A DNA stretch of 63,763 nt, the filler included, from Octopus bimaculoides (taxonomy: Eukaryota), in assembly GCF_001194135.2 (NCBI RefSeq). It is 6 parts of 4 records of this genome, joined end to end, with 100 filler letters (N's around TTAATTAATTAA, not from the genome) between each part and the next. Parts side by side here need not be neighbours in the genome. Positions count along the whole stretch, not along the records: positions 31,351 to 48,843 come from NC_068983.1; positions 48,944 to 52,680 come from NC_068985.1; 4 more parts are not named here. The stretch is one strand, 5' to 3'. This document shows positions 37,910-52,074 of this stretch, piece after piece; the first letter of the stretch is position 1, and the number at the start of each line of letters is the position of its first letter. A program made the translations under genes and the position numbers. The notes below the pieces were generated by a model. That model made no database searches. It was not told the origin of the DNA and saw nothing but the letters and a program-made list of their open reading frames with translations.

Positions 37910-38495
37910 TTTCTACTCTTGGCACAAGGCCAGAAATTTCTGGGAAGGGGGCTAGTCAATTAGATCTACCCCAGTACGCATTTGGTACTTAATTTATCGA
38001 CTCCGAAAGGGTGAAGGGCATAGTCGACCTCGCCGGGATTTGAACTCAGAACGTAAAAGACAGACGAAATACCGCTACGCATTTCTCCCGGCGTGCTAAC
38101 GTTTCTGCCAGCGCGCCCAGTCATTTGACTGCAGTCATACTGGGGCACTGCAATAAAGTATTTTAGTCGAACGAATTCACCCTAGCATTTGTTTATTTTT
38201 TTAAATCTGGGATATATTCTATCCGACTCTTTTGCCGAACCACTTACCTTACGGCGACATAAACACTCCAACGCCTGTGGCCAAGGGGTGGTGGGGACAG
38301 ACATAGACATAAAGGCACGCGCATGTGCACACAAAAACACAGACGCACAGACACATACACATATACACAGACACACACACGCACATATACATACGACGGG
38401 CTTCTTTCTGTTCATATCGACCATATCCTCTCACAAAGCTTTGATCAGCCCGAAACTATAGCAGTGACACTGAGCCTAGAACCATATGGCTTGGA
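37910..38495 (-). mobile_element. Adjacent SINE B (~37910-38117) and diverged SINE A (~38117-38495)
   Basis: Family B core AATTTATCGACTCCGAAAGG...TTTGAACTCAGAACG; family A pieces CTCTTTTGCCGAAC, TACGACGGGCTTCTTTC, CTCACAAAGCTTTG, GAACCATATGG. Confidence 0.75.
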
Positions 38496-40061
38496 CGGAA
38501 ACCTATCATTCGCCCACACCTGCACCTGCTGATAACGGCCAACGTGACAGCAGCAGACTGTGAGCTCAATTTGCGTGCCGGCAAGCGGAGGCGGTCAAGG
38601 GAACGCGCAGACCGACGGAGAAATAACGACATCATCGGAATAGATGTGAGGCGGAGGCACAGTCCAGTGGCGGCGGAATCAGGCACACCAGCAAGGCGAA
38701 GGAGAGGAGTCCGAGTGTGTGAAAGTATGAATCTGGATACGATGAGTACAAGAGCGAGGAGCGAGCGCAGATGAGCGGGCGTGGTTGCTACCGGGACGTA
38801 AAGCGGAAAGCGACTATGGCAGCGAAGTCCTAGGCGCTGACGTGCGGACGAACGAGGTGGTTGCGGCGACATATCGAGAAATCACTGGCCGTGTGGAGTC
38901 AAGAGGCACATACCAGTGTCGATGAACATGAAGCGAAAAGAGTGCGACGAGAACAAACCTTCCATTGAAACATTATCCAAACTGTAAAAGCTTACACACA
39001 TACACATGTATATATATGCGTGTATGTTTGTCTCTCTCTCTATATATATATGTATTATGTGATGTATATATATATGTGTGTGTGTGTGTGTGTGCGTGTG
39101 TGTATTTACATACTTCTACATATGCACAGACACGTGCATGCACCAATAAATATACGTGTATGCAAATGTGTGTATGAGCGTAAGTGTATGTGGGTGTGTT
39201 TACGTATATATGTATTTAGAGAGAGACAGACAAAGAGAGGGAGAGAAACAAAGAAAGAGAGAGGGAAAGACAAAGATAGAGAGGAAGAGAGAAAGAGACA
39301 GAATGAGAGGAAGAGAAAGGGAGAAAGAAAGAGATTTGGAAGGTTTTAATATCTACTTTTTTACTTGTTGAGTATTCTGCGTGAGGTTTACACAGGTTTA
39401 ATAGTTTATGTAGATAAGTTATTTTTTTTATTTGTAACGAGAATTTAACTGACGAACTGTTATGAAATTAATTGCTTTGGTTTCCTCCTTCTCTGTCGTT
39501 GTCAGTTTTACTAGCTGCGTATGCTTCTCTGTGTGCCCAGTAATGAGTCCAGTTAACATTTGGTATGAAACCTGGAAGATTTCCCATAATTGTTCAGTAT
39601 TTTCCTGACATCATAGGAAACACATCGATATTGACATCTTTACTTGTTGACCATCCAATTTCATTTTCAATAATAAAGTCATCCGAACTATTAAGAATAA
39701 ATACACAAATTTTACGTGTTGTCAATGACTGGCAGAACAGAAAAACTTCTGTAATCGTACCATTAAATTCATAGAGTATGAATGCAAGCAAATTGGCGCA
39801 GTTAGAAATATCTGTACTTTCAAATGTTTGTAACTAAAAGTATTCACTGTTGAGTATACTTTACTGTAACTGATTTTTAACGTTACCAAGTTCTGATTTT
39901 ATGCAGTCTTTGTTGATTTTCTTTCTATTCGTGTAGTAATTGTTCTCTCATATAATAGTTTCTTATTAATGTTGATGGCAGAGTTTTGTTTGAATATTGT
40001 TATATGTACTTTCAGTTGTTTATATTCTTTACTCATTGCTACTGTTTATTTGCGTAGCTTT

Positions 40062-40345
40062 GTGAAGACGAGTGGCTTAGTTGTTAGTGCATTTGGCTCA
40101 CGATCGTGAGTTCGATTTCTGGCAGAGGGTTGTGACATTTAAGCAAGACACTTTATTTCACATTGCTCCAGTCCACACATCTGGCAAAATTGAGTATACC
40201 TGTCTTTCAAAGGGTGGACCTTGTCATATTTTATGTCACGCTACGCGTGTCTCTGGAAAGCTAAGCCACTTGCACGTTTATTTCACGAGCAAACTGTTTC
40301 ATTGATCGGATCAACTGAAACACTCGTTGTCGTAACCGATAGAAT
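40062..40345 (+). mobile_element. tRNA-derived SINE, a further family (D)
   Basis: A-box-like GTGGCTTAGTTGTTAG and B-box-like GAGTTCGATTTC, followed by AAGCAAGACACTTTATTTCACATTGCTCCAGTCCAC...AAAATTGAGTA body. Confidence 0.6.
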
Positions 40346-40429
40346 GGCAGTACTGCTTGTTCGTGTAAATTCATATCAGTTTTATTGTTATTGCATCGTT
40401 TGTGCTCCATGTTTCTCAAAAGAAGAAAA

Positions 40430-40886
40430 ATAAATATCGAAGTAAAACTCTCGATTGACGGTCTGGACCAGAGTGATGAATTCGCGAAGCACAATGCCAC
40501 ATTTCCGGTGGGTAGCGCTCTTGGCATGCCTTCCAGATTAAATATCGTCTTCTAGAGACGTTCTTCCAATTTTGAAGCGCCCTTGTCACTCGAAACATTG
40601 CATACGACTCAATTTCCTCATGGGCGTAAGCTTGCTCAAAAATTTAAGCATGCTCAAATTCTCTGTTATAGACTTAAGTTTAACGCAAAATTTCATGTTG
40701 GCTCTTTGTTTCGCAGATTGCAGTATACACTTGATCACAAAAACATAACTTTCACATCTTTCATGCGGAGTAAACACACCGATTTCACTGGGAAACTGCC
40801 TCATGATGGGCACTGCTACTTCTCACTGCTGCCTTCTGCTGGTGCACTACAGAACTAGTCCGGAAACTTTTTGATACCACCCCGTA
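40430..40886 (-). mobile_element. Internally deleted mariner element with 5' TIR
   Basis: TIR-like TACGGGGTGGTATCAAAAAGTTTCCGGACTAG at the right end. Transposase KQRANMKFCVKL...QCFE*QGRFKIGRTSLEDD.*SGR joined to GIVLREF...QTVNREFY. Confidence 0.85.
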
Positions 40887-41311
40887 TAGAGATACAGTAG
40901 GCAACGCACAGAACAATTGCGAAGGTATTGGAAACAACGAGTTTAAATCATACCATGCTCGAACAAGGAGAGTAGGACCACAGTAGCCAACCAGATAAAG
41001 AAAGAAGAGGTGAAAACCTATTCCATGGAGTTGGAACACTGTCATCAACAACGACAGTGTACTGCGTGGGGGCTTTTGTGGCTTGGGCCAAATGCAGGAT
41101 TGAAATAGTGTTGATCATGGTATCTAGTCAGAATAAGTTTTCTAATTCATCACGACTACGAGTGGACAGCCATCATGTATGTACGCATGTATGTATGTAT
41201 GTATGTATGTATGTATGTATGTATGTATGTATGTATGTGTGTATGTATGTATGTTTGTATGTATATGTACATATACAAATGTGCACACACACATATATCG
41301 AATTGCTTGTA

Positions 41312-41354
<43 letters not shown>

Positions 41355-41790
41355 TCAGTTGAGGTGTGTTCTGTTAAGAACGTATTAGAGTACAAATAGA
41401 GCTCGTTCACCCTTAGAATAGCCGGTAGTATTATTATGGTATGTGACCAATTCTGGTCTCAGGTATTCCTCGTGTGTGAATATAATAAGTAAAAAGTAAA
41501 AGAATCAAAAGGAAGAAGAACGGTTAGGCAGCTTCTTAATAATCACTACAAATGCTTCCATACATCCGGATCCACGTATATAGAGGATTTAAATTTAAAT
41601 TTAAATTAAATTATGTAACGATTTGCCTGTATAAGAAGATCCATATGTATCTCCTCAGGCGATATTTAATTGCTGTCTCCGTAAGTAAATCTAGATTTCC
41701 ATGCTACCACATCCATAGATGGTGTAGCATGGTGATTATTAAAAAGCTGCCTAACCGTTCTTACTCTTCCTTTTGATTATTTTACTTTTT

Positions 41791-41821
<31 letters not shown>

Positions 41822-44383
41822 GCATGTATGTATGTATATATAGACATCAGGCTTCTATAAGTTTCCGTTAATCACATCCACTAACAGGGTATTGGCTGCC
41901 CCCGGGCTGCAGTAAGAGTTAGTTGCCACCCAGTGGCATTGAACGCGAGACTACATGTTGGGATGCAAGCTCTGAAACATATAGTCTTGCATGCGCTTAT
42001 ATGCCACGCCTGCGCCTTTCGTCGTACGGGCACCAGGCCATTCAGGCACACTAATATAAACAGAATTTGTAACAGAATTTCAGTTCAAAACAATGTAGAA
42101 GCTCCGTTCCCAATACACCAAGTGGAAATAAGCGTTTTAGCTAAGTACGTAGATAATAGATTAGAGTATATGTATAACTACACATTTATTTATATCTTCT
42201 ATCAGTAAATGAACAAACAAGCAAAACCACTTAAATTGCTTACATATTTTCTCAATTGTTAAAATCCATCTACATTCAAAATAACAAACCGTTTTCCTAT
42301 TCACCAATTAATAGTTTTCACATATTTTTAGTTACGTAATTTCACCACAGAGACCATCATAGAATTTTTCATACAAGTGTTTTTATCGCGACACATTTTG
42401 TCTGCAGAATATTTTCTATAGAAATTTGAGTAGTTTTAAACATAGCTACATGCCCATAAGTGGAACCAATAATTCACGCCAAGTTGTTGTCAGTGGTACT
42501 TCAAAACAATGAACCAATATTTATTTGTGTATTTATGTGTGTGTGTTTGTATCTTAATGTGTAAATTATAAAGTATATCAAATCTTCTGATATAGTACTC
42601 ACTATGTTGGATAGAGTGGATAGGTCTGTTTATTGTAGGAATAGTTGACAGTGTACCCTGAGTTCCATCCCGGCATGAATGTTCGTGTACCTGTATATGT
42701 CTGTGTGGGAGTGTGTATTAATATACATGTATTTGTGTGTGTACATACATACATACACACATACATACATACATACATACATACATACATAGAAGAAACA
42801 ATAGAATTAAGATATACATTTTCATTTGTACTTATCCCCATAAGTGCATGAGGCTTTGGACTTACAAATTTACAACAAAATACTAGAAATCCTTGGTTTT
42901 CCGAAGAAAGGTCAAATCCAATCTATTGGCGGCATAGCGACGATTTGATAGACATTCCTAAGATACACTATTTGAGATTTTTTAGACGATGAATAGATGC
43001 ACACTTGGGTGTGTACATCGACTGTACAACTAACACACCAAATCAACCATATACAAAGAACGAGAGCTCTCTCAACTTAAAAATTCTTGTTTTGTTAGCG
43101 ACCGGTTTAAACTCTCTTAAGAATATTTAAAGTTAAGCACAATGAAGAAAGAAACATACATACATACATACATACATACATACTTACATACATACATACA
43201 TAAAGCTGAAGATCAGTGAAAAGAGATTAGCTACTATTGAGAAATCTGCAGTTACTCTATCCAGATTACAAGTTTAGGTTTATACCTGTAATTATTATGG
43301 CCGTGGGATATGTTTTGAGAAATTAGGCTTCGTAAAACCAAAAGGGAGAAAGCTAATTCGAAGTCTATAGATCGAATCATTCGTTGGAACTGTAAAAATC
43401 TGTAAAACTTTCCAGAAGTTTATGATTTAAATATATATGAGCATGTCTAGATATGTAACTATATACATGAGAAGACATATATAAAACAAAATATACAAAT
43501 TTGCACATATAAATACATACATGCATGCATGCGTACATACACATATATATACGTACACACACACATACATACATACATACATACATACATGCAAAAATAC
43601 CCTGTTGTTGATAGTGAAATTCCAATGAAGGAGCCTTGGATCTAAGTTAGAAACCAGCTCTTTCCCTATTGGCAAGAAATCTTGAAATAAAACTGAATAA
43701 TAACATACATACATACATACATACATACATGCATGTATACATACATACATACATACATACATATATGCATGCTATAAAACATCAGTCGGCTCTCCTTTTC
43801 CTTTGAATTAATTATTGGAGAATGTCTACTTGAGCTTGTTCTTAAAAAACAAAATTGCATATAGCAGATATCATTTATCTTATTTACTCCACTCCTCGTT
43901 ATGTTACTTAGCCCACACCTTGTAAACAAAGAACGAATATGTTTTGAACATCTTCCATGGCAGAGAACTAGTACTAATTAATAACATTATTTTTCGACAG
44001 AATAATAAACAATAATTATCGCTAACACTTTTATGTAAACAATTTTCATATGTCTCTTTTCTGTCATAACATATTTAATAGAGAAAAACTTTTGTGTGAA
44101 TTTCTCGCGAAATTGTCACATGAGCTTAATACATGAACGTTGACCATTCAATTTGTTCATTAACGGATAGCATTCTGAGCAACATTCCTACTTTAAAGCA
44201 AACTATTGTTGTAACAATGGTCAGAATAGATATAATTCACGACACAGATCCATATTTTATATAGACTTTTAAAAACTAATTTTGAAACGGGTAAAGTGCA
44301 TTCTTATAATTTAAAATACTATTAAATTATAATTAATTCTAACATTAAACTTCATTTGTTCTTTCTCTCTCTCTCTCTTTCCA

Positions 44384-44420
<37 letters not shown>

Positions 44421-44479
44421 CAGTAAGCAAACTACATGATTTGAAGGCACGTACAATAGATCTCATAGTTGGATACTAA

Positions 44480-45790
44480 TACAACAGGCAGACTTTCTAC
44501 AGAAAGCCATAAGCACTGGCGAATCCTGTAGCCAAGAATTAAACCGTTTTGGCAGAAAACTATAGGACCATTGCTTGCCTAAATATGTGCTAGCTATACA
44601 TGCTGTATCAACCTATTCCACAAGAAAGTCGAACAAAATAGCAACTAATGAAAGCATATGTTGAAAGAAAAGAATGTAGGGATATACCGAATAATTTTGA
44701 TAAACAAAGTTGTGCTGCCCGAAGCAAGAAAATGCCATGGCTTGATTATAGGAAAAAGTTCAACTCTGTTCCCCATTCGTAATTATTGAAGTGTCTACAC
44801 TTAACAAAATAACTGCTTCTTTGGTCACTGCCATTGAGAGGCTCACAAAAACCTTGGCAACAATTCTCACACAACAGAGAGTGGATCGATTGTCACCGAT
44901 GTAATAAATATTCGAAAGGGAATATTATTTATAAGGGAAGATTTATGTAAAATATACTTACCATACAAAAATCAGGTGATGTTAATAACATTTTCTGCTG
45001 ACATGTGAAGAAAATTTGGGCGAAAGAAGTATAGATATTTGATTGTGAACATGGAAACTCACTCCCACCACATCTAAAACCTGTGCATTAACAATCTCTA
45101 TCTTTCCTACTGTACGCAAAAAGTGCTACGAACACCTGGATAGTGATCAAAAATAAATCATACGAAGGTGCTGCAAACAAAAGTAGAGTGACTAGAGAAG
45201 CAAACGTACAAAAATTGATAGTCGGAGCTGTCATCTCACACAAAACTATATGTCACAATGCATCTGTTGTACCAGCGCTGATACCAACATTTGGGATATT
45301 TCACTGGTCTGTAGAGGAACTCCACTCCATAGCCGTTAAAGCTCGCAAAGATCCTGACACCAACTGGACATTTCACAGAAACTGTGATATCGATAGGCTC
45401 TACTTCAGAAGAGACGAAGAAGCTCGAGGCTTGAGATCAGTGCAGACAACCTTCGAATGTCGGGTAATATCTTTCAGACAGCACCTGCTAAGCATCAGCA
45501 AAATTAAATATATAAGCTAAGCGGTCGAAAGCGAAGAGAACAACAGTCTATGTATCGGCTTCTCAGGAAGTGCTTTATTCCTGGCGGACTTCCATACAAC
45601 ACCGAAGCAGCTGAAAGTGAAACACTCAGTATAACAAAAATTGATCATGAATGGGTATGTTTCCCAAAGAGTGAAAGATGCCAGAAATATTGACAGGAAG
45701 TACAACCTCTGGTGTATTCGTCACCGCTACACTACAATTCGAACCACTATGCATTTGCAATCCAGGAAGCGCCTTTGGAGCATAAAGACA
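44480..45790 (+). pseudogene. Non-LTR retrotransposon RT remnant, probably R4/Dong-like clade
   Basis: ENYRTIACLN, WLDYRKKFNSVPHS*LLKCL, VVPALIPTFGIFHWSVEEL, DIDRLYFRRDEEARGLRSV, MNGYV...IDRK and FAIQE occur in colinear order with many stops and frameshifts. Confidence 0.8.
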
Positions 45791-46071
45791 CAACTCAAAA
45801 TATCAATTATGTTACTTTTCTTTAGAAGACATTTTATGTCCCTTTTCTGCGATAAGCAACTGCTTCAAAATGTCAAGATTCGTCCTCTCATTGTGACATA
45901 ATGTTTGTAGTAAAACAATTTACAATGTCTTACGAAAAAAGAAAAAAAATGCTTACTTCGAAAAAGTAAAACTGGACAATGTGTCTATATCTGGAGAAAA
46001 AAGAATAAATATTCTATTTTTTTGACAATGAATGAGAATGGTAAACGCACACAACTGGAAACGTTAAACAC

Positions 46072-46072
<1 letters not shown>

Positions 46073-46102
<30 letters not shown>

Positions 46103-46265
46103 CTTCTTCTTCTTCTTCTTCTTCTTCTTCTTCTTCTTCTTCTTCTTCTTCTTCTTCTTCTTCTTCTTCTTCTTCTTCTTCTTCTTCTTCTTCTTCTTCT
46201 TCTTCTTCTTCTTCTTCTTCTCCTCCCAGCAGCAGCAGCAGCACCACCACCACCACCACCACCAC
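46073..46265. repeat. (CTT)n followed by (CAG)n and (CAC)n
   Basis: Long pure CTT run to ~46221. Confidence 0.95.
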
Positions 46266-47617
46266 TTCTTTTACTCTTTTCTTTTAAAGATCTAAAGGAA
46301 TAGTTGACGTGTCATATTTGGAGACATCTTTTGAACATACCAAAAGTCAAGTTATTGAACGTTATGTAACGACAAACACACCCAGTTTGTCGTTTGACTT
46401 CTTAGCAGATTTGCTGCTGTCTTTTACTTTCCACTCTTGCCTCTAAAGAAGATTAATTCTCTGTCTTTATCTGATTATATCTAAGTGTTTCTGTGACATG
46501 GATTCTTTAACACGCCTTATTCTTTTCATATTTTTGACGCCTTATATCTACCATCAACAACTTCATTTTACATTCAACATGCTCAGGATTTATCTATGCA
46601 ATGGCTCTATCTATATAAAGCAATATATTATGCTCTTCACATTCGGTTATTTATATCTCTTACTTTTGATCAGTAAAACAGTGAAAAAATTCCTTATATT
46701 TTGTAGGAAATGGGAAAATTCTAAATTGTGACATCATATATTTATTAAGGGATTTAACAACATTACTGAAGTAGAATGGCTACCATAAGAATTAAGCTCA
46801 CTTGGATTTTATCGCTTTCTATGAATCGTTTCTCAAATTTAAAATGTTTGCTAATTAACAAAATCTTTCGTTATTTTTTATCAAGTGTTTTTAGTTTACT
46901 GTTTATAATTACAGAATTTTTAGAGCCGTTTAGAAATGGCTATGGACATTAATGTTAATACTCAGCAATTTTAATGTATATTTCCTGACAGTTTTCTTCA
47001 CCTTCTGGTTTTCTTTCTTCTGCAAAATAATTTATACACCCGTTTTCCATGTAAAAACCAAACAAAAAAACCTTCAGATTCTGCTTATATCGCGTCTGTA
47101 CACTGCCAAACATAAATTTCTTTTGAAAAATATTATTATATTTTACATATTTATATTGAAACAAAATTGAAGTATTGTTCTCTTGACACAATATACGTTC
47201 TTAAATAATATTACTAAATATTATCCAACAATAAATTTCAATTGAAAATATAATCCTATTATTTCAATAAGCTTGTATTCAAGTAACGCTATAATGTATA
47301 TATACTTCTGAGATGTTTCGTGTGGTTTTTAATAATGCAACAAAGAACTGGAAATATTTCATGAAAATTGAAAATAATCAAGTATTGTAAGAAGAGACAT
47401 AACCACAAGAGACCATTTTTCTTCTTTCATTAGAAAAAGAAGAAGAAAAAACATTAGAAAAGCAATTTTAAAAGTTATAAAAAAAAAATTCGAAAAATGT
47501 TTAAAAAAGATATAAACAACCCTCCCCTCCACAACAAATATGAAAAAAATATACAAAAAGTAACTGACATCAGGAAAGATACGTTTCAAACAAAACAATT
47601 TCAATTTATAAAAATAT

Positions 47618-48018
<401 letters not shown>

Positions 48019-48366
48019 GAGATTTCTCCCCTCAACTTTCCTCCACATATTGAATTGAGTTACGATTGTTTCAAGTTTGAAATAATCCGAATCTAAGACT
48101 TTGTCAATGCAGGAGATTTGAAATACGAGATTTTGGCAGAACTTCTAACAACGTTATTGCATATTAATCTAACTTTGCCAGCTTCACTATCAACAACAAA
48201 AAATAGCAACATCAACAAAAGAAAAAACAACAAAAATAATAGCAACTATAACAACAGCAACAACAACAAGAAACGTAAGGATGACATCTGACACTTGCAT
48301 AAAACCAGAAGGCAGGCGGGTATGCAAGCAATTCTTTCGATTGAGAAGAGGCAGAAAAAAAAAACA

Positions 48367-48392
48367 TTTTGATGATGATAATGATGATGATT

Positions 48393-48424
<32 letters not shown>

Positions 48425-48426
48425 AT

Positions 48427-48458
<32 letters not shown>

Positions 48459-48843
48459 GTATTGGTGATGATGATGATGATGATAGTGATGATGAGTACA
48501 ATCATATTGTTGTTGTTGTTGTTGTTGTTGCAGTTGTCTATATTTCTGATGTTGAAAGTGACGATGATCATTATGGTGATGACGTTCATGATTATGATAT
48601 TTATGATGGCGTTCATAATGTTGATGATCACGAGGACGATGATGATGGTAATGATGATGATGATGGTGATGATGGTGACGATGATGGCTATGATTATGAT
48701 TATGGTGACTATGATGATGATGCTAATGATGCTGTCGATGCTTATGAAGAAAAAATGATTATAAGGCTGACAATGATGATGATGATGATGATGATGACGA
48801 TGTTGATGATGGCGGTGGTGGTGGTGGTGGTGGTGGTGGTGGT
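48367..48843. repeat. Degenerate (GAT)n / (GTT)n / (GGT)n array
   Basis: Directly visible; the poly-Asp ORF here is an artefact of the repeat. Confidence 0.9.
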
Positions 48844-48943
48844 NNNNNNNNNNNNNNNNNNNNNNNNNNNNNNNNNNNNNNNNNNNNTTAATTAATTAAN
48901 NNNNNNNNNNNNNNNNNNNNNNNNNNNNNNNNNNNNNNNNNNN

Positions 48944-49314
48944 GACTACATAAACAAACGATTCTGAAACAATTAACCCTAACCCTAACCCTAACCCTAA
49001 CCCTAGGGTTAGGGTTAGGGTTAAAGCAAATTTAAAATGAAAAAAGCAAATAAAACGAAGGTATGGAGATTAAATACGCTTTACATCGCTTAATGAGCCA
49101 AAGGAGTAAATGTAAACAACTGAATACTTGTCAGTGAATGGTTGAAATTATCGAAATAAGACAATTTTTTACATGAAATAAATTCGAATACAAAAGTATT
49201 TTTCTGTTCTATAACACAAAATAGATAAGTATACGAAGTTTGAAAGTCTTTCGGTACCAAAAACACTACGTAAAACATTAATGAAAAATGTGGCCTCCGT
49301 TTTAAAAAAGATCC
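48944..49314. mobile_element. Telomere-repeat MITE, second copy, left end in gap
   Basis: Nearly identical to the right part of 51476-52074; ends GTGGCCTCCGTTTTAAAAAAGATCC; contains (AACCCT)n(AGGGTT)n at ~48975-49023. Confidence 0.85.
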
Positions 49315-49339
49315 AAATATACTTCTAATTACTCTTTCT

Positions 49340-49648
49340 AACTTTTTACTTGTTTTAGTCATTAGACTGCGGCCATGCTGGGGCACAGTCTTGAAGAATT
49401 TTTTGATCGAATGAACAGACTTTTCTTTTTTTTTTGTGCCTGGTATTTATTCTATCAGTGACTTTTGCCGAACTGCTAGGTATGGAGACGTAAACACACC
49501 AACACCAGTTGTCAAGACACACACACGACAGGCTACTTTTAGTTTACGTCCACCAAATCCACTCACAAGGCTTTGGTCGGGCCGAGGATATAATAGAAAA
49601 CACATGCCCAATGTGTCACGCAGTGGGACTGAACCCGGAACCATGTGG
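49340..49648 (-). mobile_element. SINE family A
   Basis: TTACTTGTTTTAGTCATTAGACTGCGGCCATGCTGG...CACTCACAAGGCTTTGGTCGGGCCGAGG...CAGTGGGACTGAACCCGGAACCATGTGG. Confidence 0.85.
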
Positions 49649-50241
49649 ATAATATGTAGATAAAAATTAAGATATTTCTATCTGAGTACGCGAATTTTCT
49701 TCAGAATAAAAAGTTGCTTTTTATCTGCATTTGGAGTGTTCGATTTGTACTTGCCATTTTGGAATCACAACGAAAAAGTGGCTCGAAATGATGAAAATTT
49801 GGTTTGATTACCTTTAAACATACATAAATACATGCATAGATATACGATTGTGTGTGTGTGTGTGTTCGTGTGTGTATGTGCATGTGCGTGTGAGTGTGAA
49901 CAGTGACGGATTCGAGGGTTGCGTTTATTTACAAGTTGATTTCTTAATTTCACCGGAGTATAAATAAAGTTTTAAAAAACTCAACTTACAAATTTCCCGA
50001 TAAGTAAGTGGTCATATTTATATCCTGCAACGAACTATAGTACGTTTGTTTCACCTGCCATCATTGAAAGACGTTCAAAACACTTCTCAAATTCTAGGCA
50101 ATATTTTCTATAAGCATTTCATTCTGTTCACTTTCTTTTTCACACGAATCGACCCTCGTCTGCGTGTGTGTAGATCATGGGTACCTATGTGCAGAGACAC
50201 GTATGGGTACATAAATACATACATGGATATGCGACTCTGTG

Positions 50242-50287
<46 letters not shown>

Positions 50288-51475
50288 CAATGATGGATTC
50301 GAGGGTTTCGTTTATTTACGAGTTGATTTCTGAATTTAACCGGAGTATAAATGCCTAAAATGGTGATACTTGAAAAAAGAAAAAAACATTAAAAAATATC
50401 GAACTTACAAATTTCCTGATAAGCAAGTTTAGTCAAACACTTTCAAAGCTTAATTCACTTCAGTTAAAAAGCATGGGTAAGCAACACATTGTAAGCCACA
50501 CTATAATTTGCGAAAAAATTTTTATCTGCGTGCAGAGTATGCATCGCCTCTCTGATGCCATTTCTTTTTATTTACATTTTATTCAATATTTTCATCAGTG
50601 GAATAGTGTCAGTTACCAGGTCGTCGTTGGTGTGACGAAAAATTTGATATCAAATAGTAAATTTTTAAGTGTAGTTAACGTAAATTGGGTATGCGATTAA
50701 TTTGAAAATACCTTATGGAGTGACGGTATTGCTCTACATAGTTATGGGCTACTTATTGGCAAGGCATAGCACCCATTCAGCTATCCTGCCAGGAATACGA
50801 TGAAGTCATGGGACTGCAGCATTACGGATTGTGAAAAAGGTAGCGGAAGAGATCATTGATGCTGAGCGAAGGGATTCTACAAGATCAACGGTCAGGACCA
50901 CCAGGTTCTATCAAGAGAATAACTGCAACACATCGAAAGGGATGGCGTCTATGGTTTGGTAATCAGCTAATTAAGAATGACTCAAGCTCTTAATTCAAAT
51001 TCATAATCATGGAATTGGACAGAGTCAGAGGAATCCGCGAAAGCAATGTAGCCATCCAACGCTTTTGGATGGGTAATATGTATCTTCTACACTGTAGTTG
51101 TTTTACTTTCAATTCATGGTCTCAGATTAAATCACTTGCCTGTCGATTACACTTCCGAAAATTATATTTTTAGAAATGTGAAAAAAAAAAAGAAAAAGAA
51201 AAAAAAAAAAACAAACAAAAAAAATAAGCAAACAAAAAATAAAAATAAAACAAAACAAAAACATTCAAATATATTGTTCTAGTCTACAGTTTAATTTAAA
51301 TAGCGTCTAGTCAATGATGTAATGCAATGATCTATTTTTAGAATACATTAGTTTTTATAACTGTATGTGCGTATTATTATTTCTACCGTAATTATCTCAT
51401 CGCTACTACTGCTAGTAAAGTGGATTTAATTTTGCTTAGGAGATTTGATAACACCGAAACATGTACAGAGTTCTC

Positions 51476-52074
51476 GGATCTTTTTTAAAACGGGGTCCAC
51501 ATTTTGCATTAACGAAACACTTTGAAACTTGGAACACTGGTAGAATGTGTCATATAAAACATCTTTTTCTCTTAGTCTTCTTAAAAAAAAAAGAAGAAAT
51601 CCCTAAGTTATTCCATGTTAAAGTTGTCGTATTTTTGTAATTTCAACCAACCACTGACGTCCATTCAGCCGATATACATTAAGTGCCGACTACATAAACA
51701 AACGATTCTGAAACAATTCTATCGCTGATAGGGTTAGGGTTAGGGTTAGGGTAAACAGCAAATTTAAAAAGAAAAAAGCAAATAAAACGAAGAAAAAAAA
51801 AAGAAAATGAAAAAAGCAAATTTAAAATGAAAAAAGCAAATAAAACGAAGCTATGGCTTAATCAGCCAAAGGAGTAAATGTAAACAACTGAATACTTGTC
51901 AGTGATTGGTTGAAATTATCGAAATAAGACAATTTTTTACATGAAATAAATTCGAATACAAAAATATTTTTCTGTTCTATATAGATAAGTATACGAAGTT
52001 TGAAAGTCTTTCGGTACCAAAAACACTACGTAAAACATTAATGAAAAATGTGGCCCCCGTTTTAAAAAAGATCC
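51476..52074. mobile_element. Telomere-repeat MITE, third copy, complete
   Basis: 30-bp TIRs GGATCTTTTTTAAAACGGGG(T/G)CCACATTTT (1 mismatch); perfect 8-bp TSD GAGTTCTC at 51468-51475 and 52075-52082; internal (TAGGGT)n; opposite orientation to 414-1083. Confidence 0.9.

Noticed and set aside
43595-43705. Short unique-looking segment between (TACA)n tracts, possibly an interspersed repeat
   Set aside because: Only one copy in the window and no diagnostic termini.
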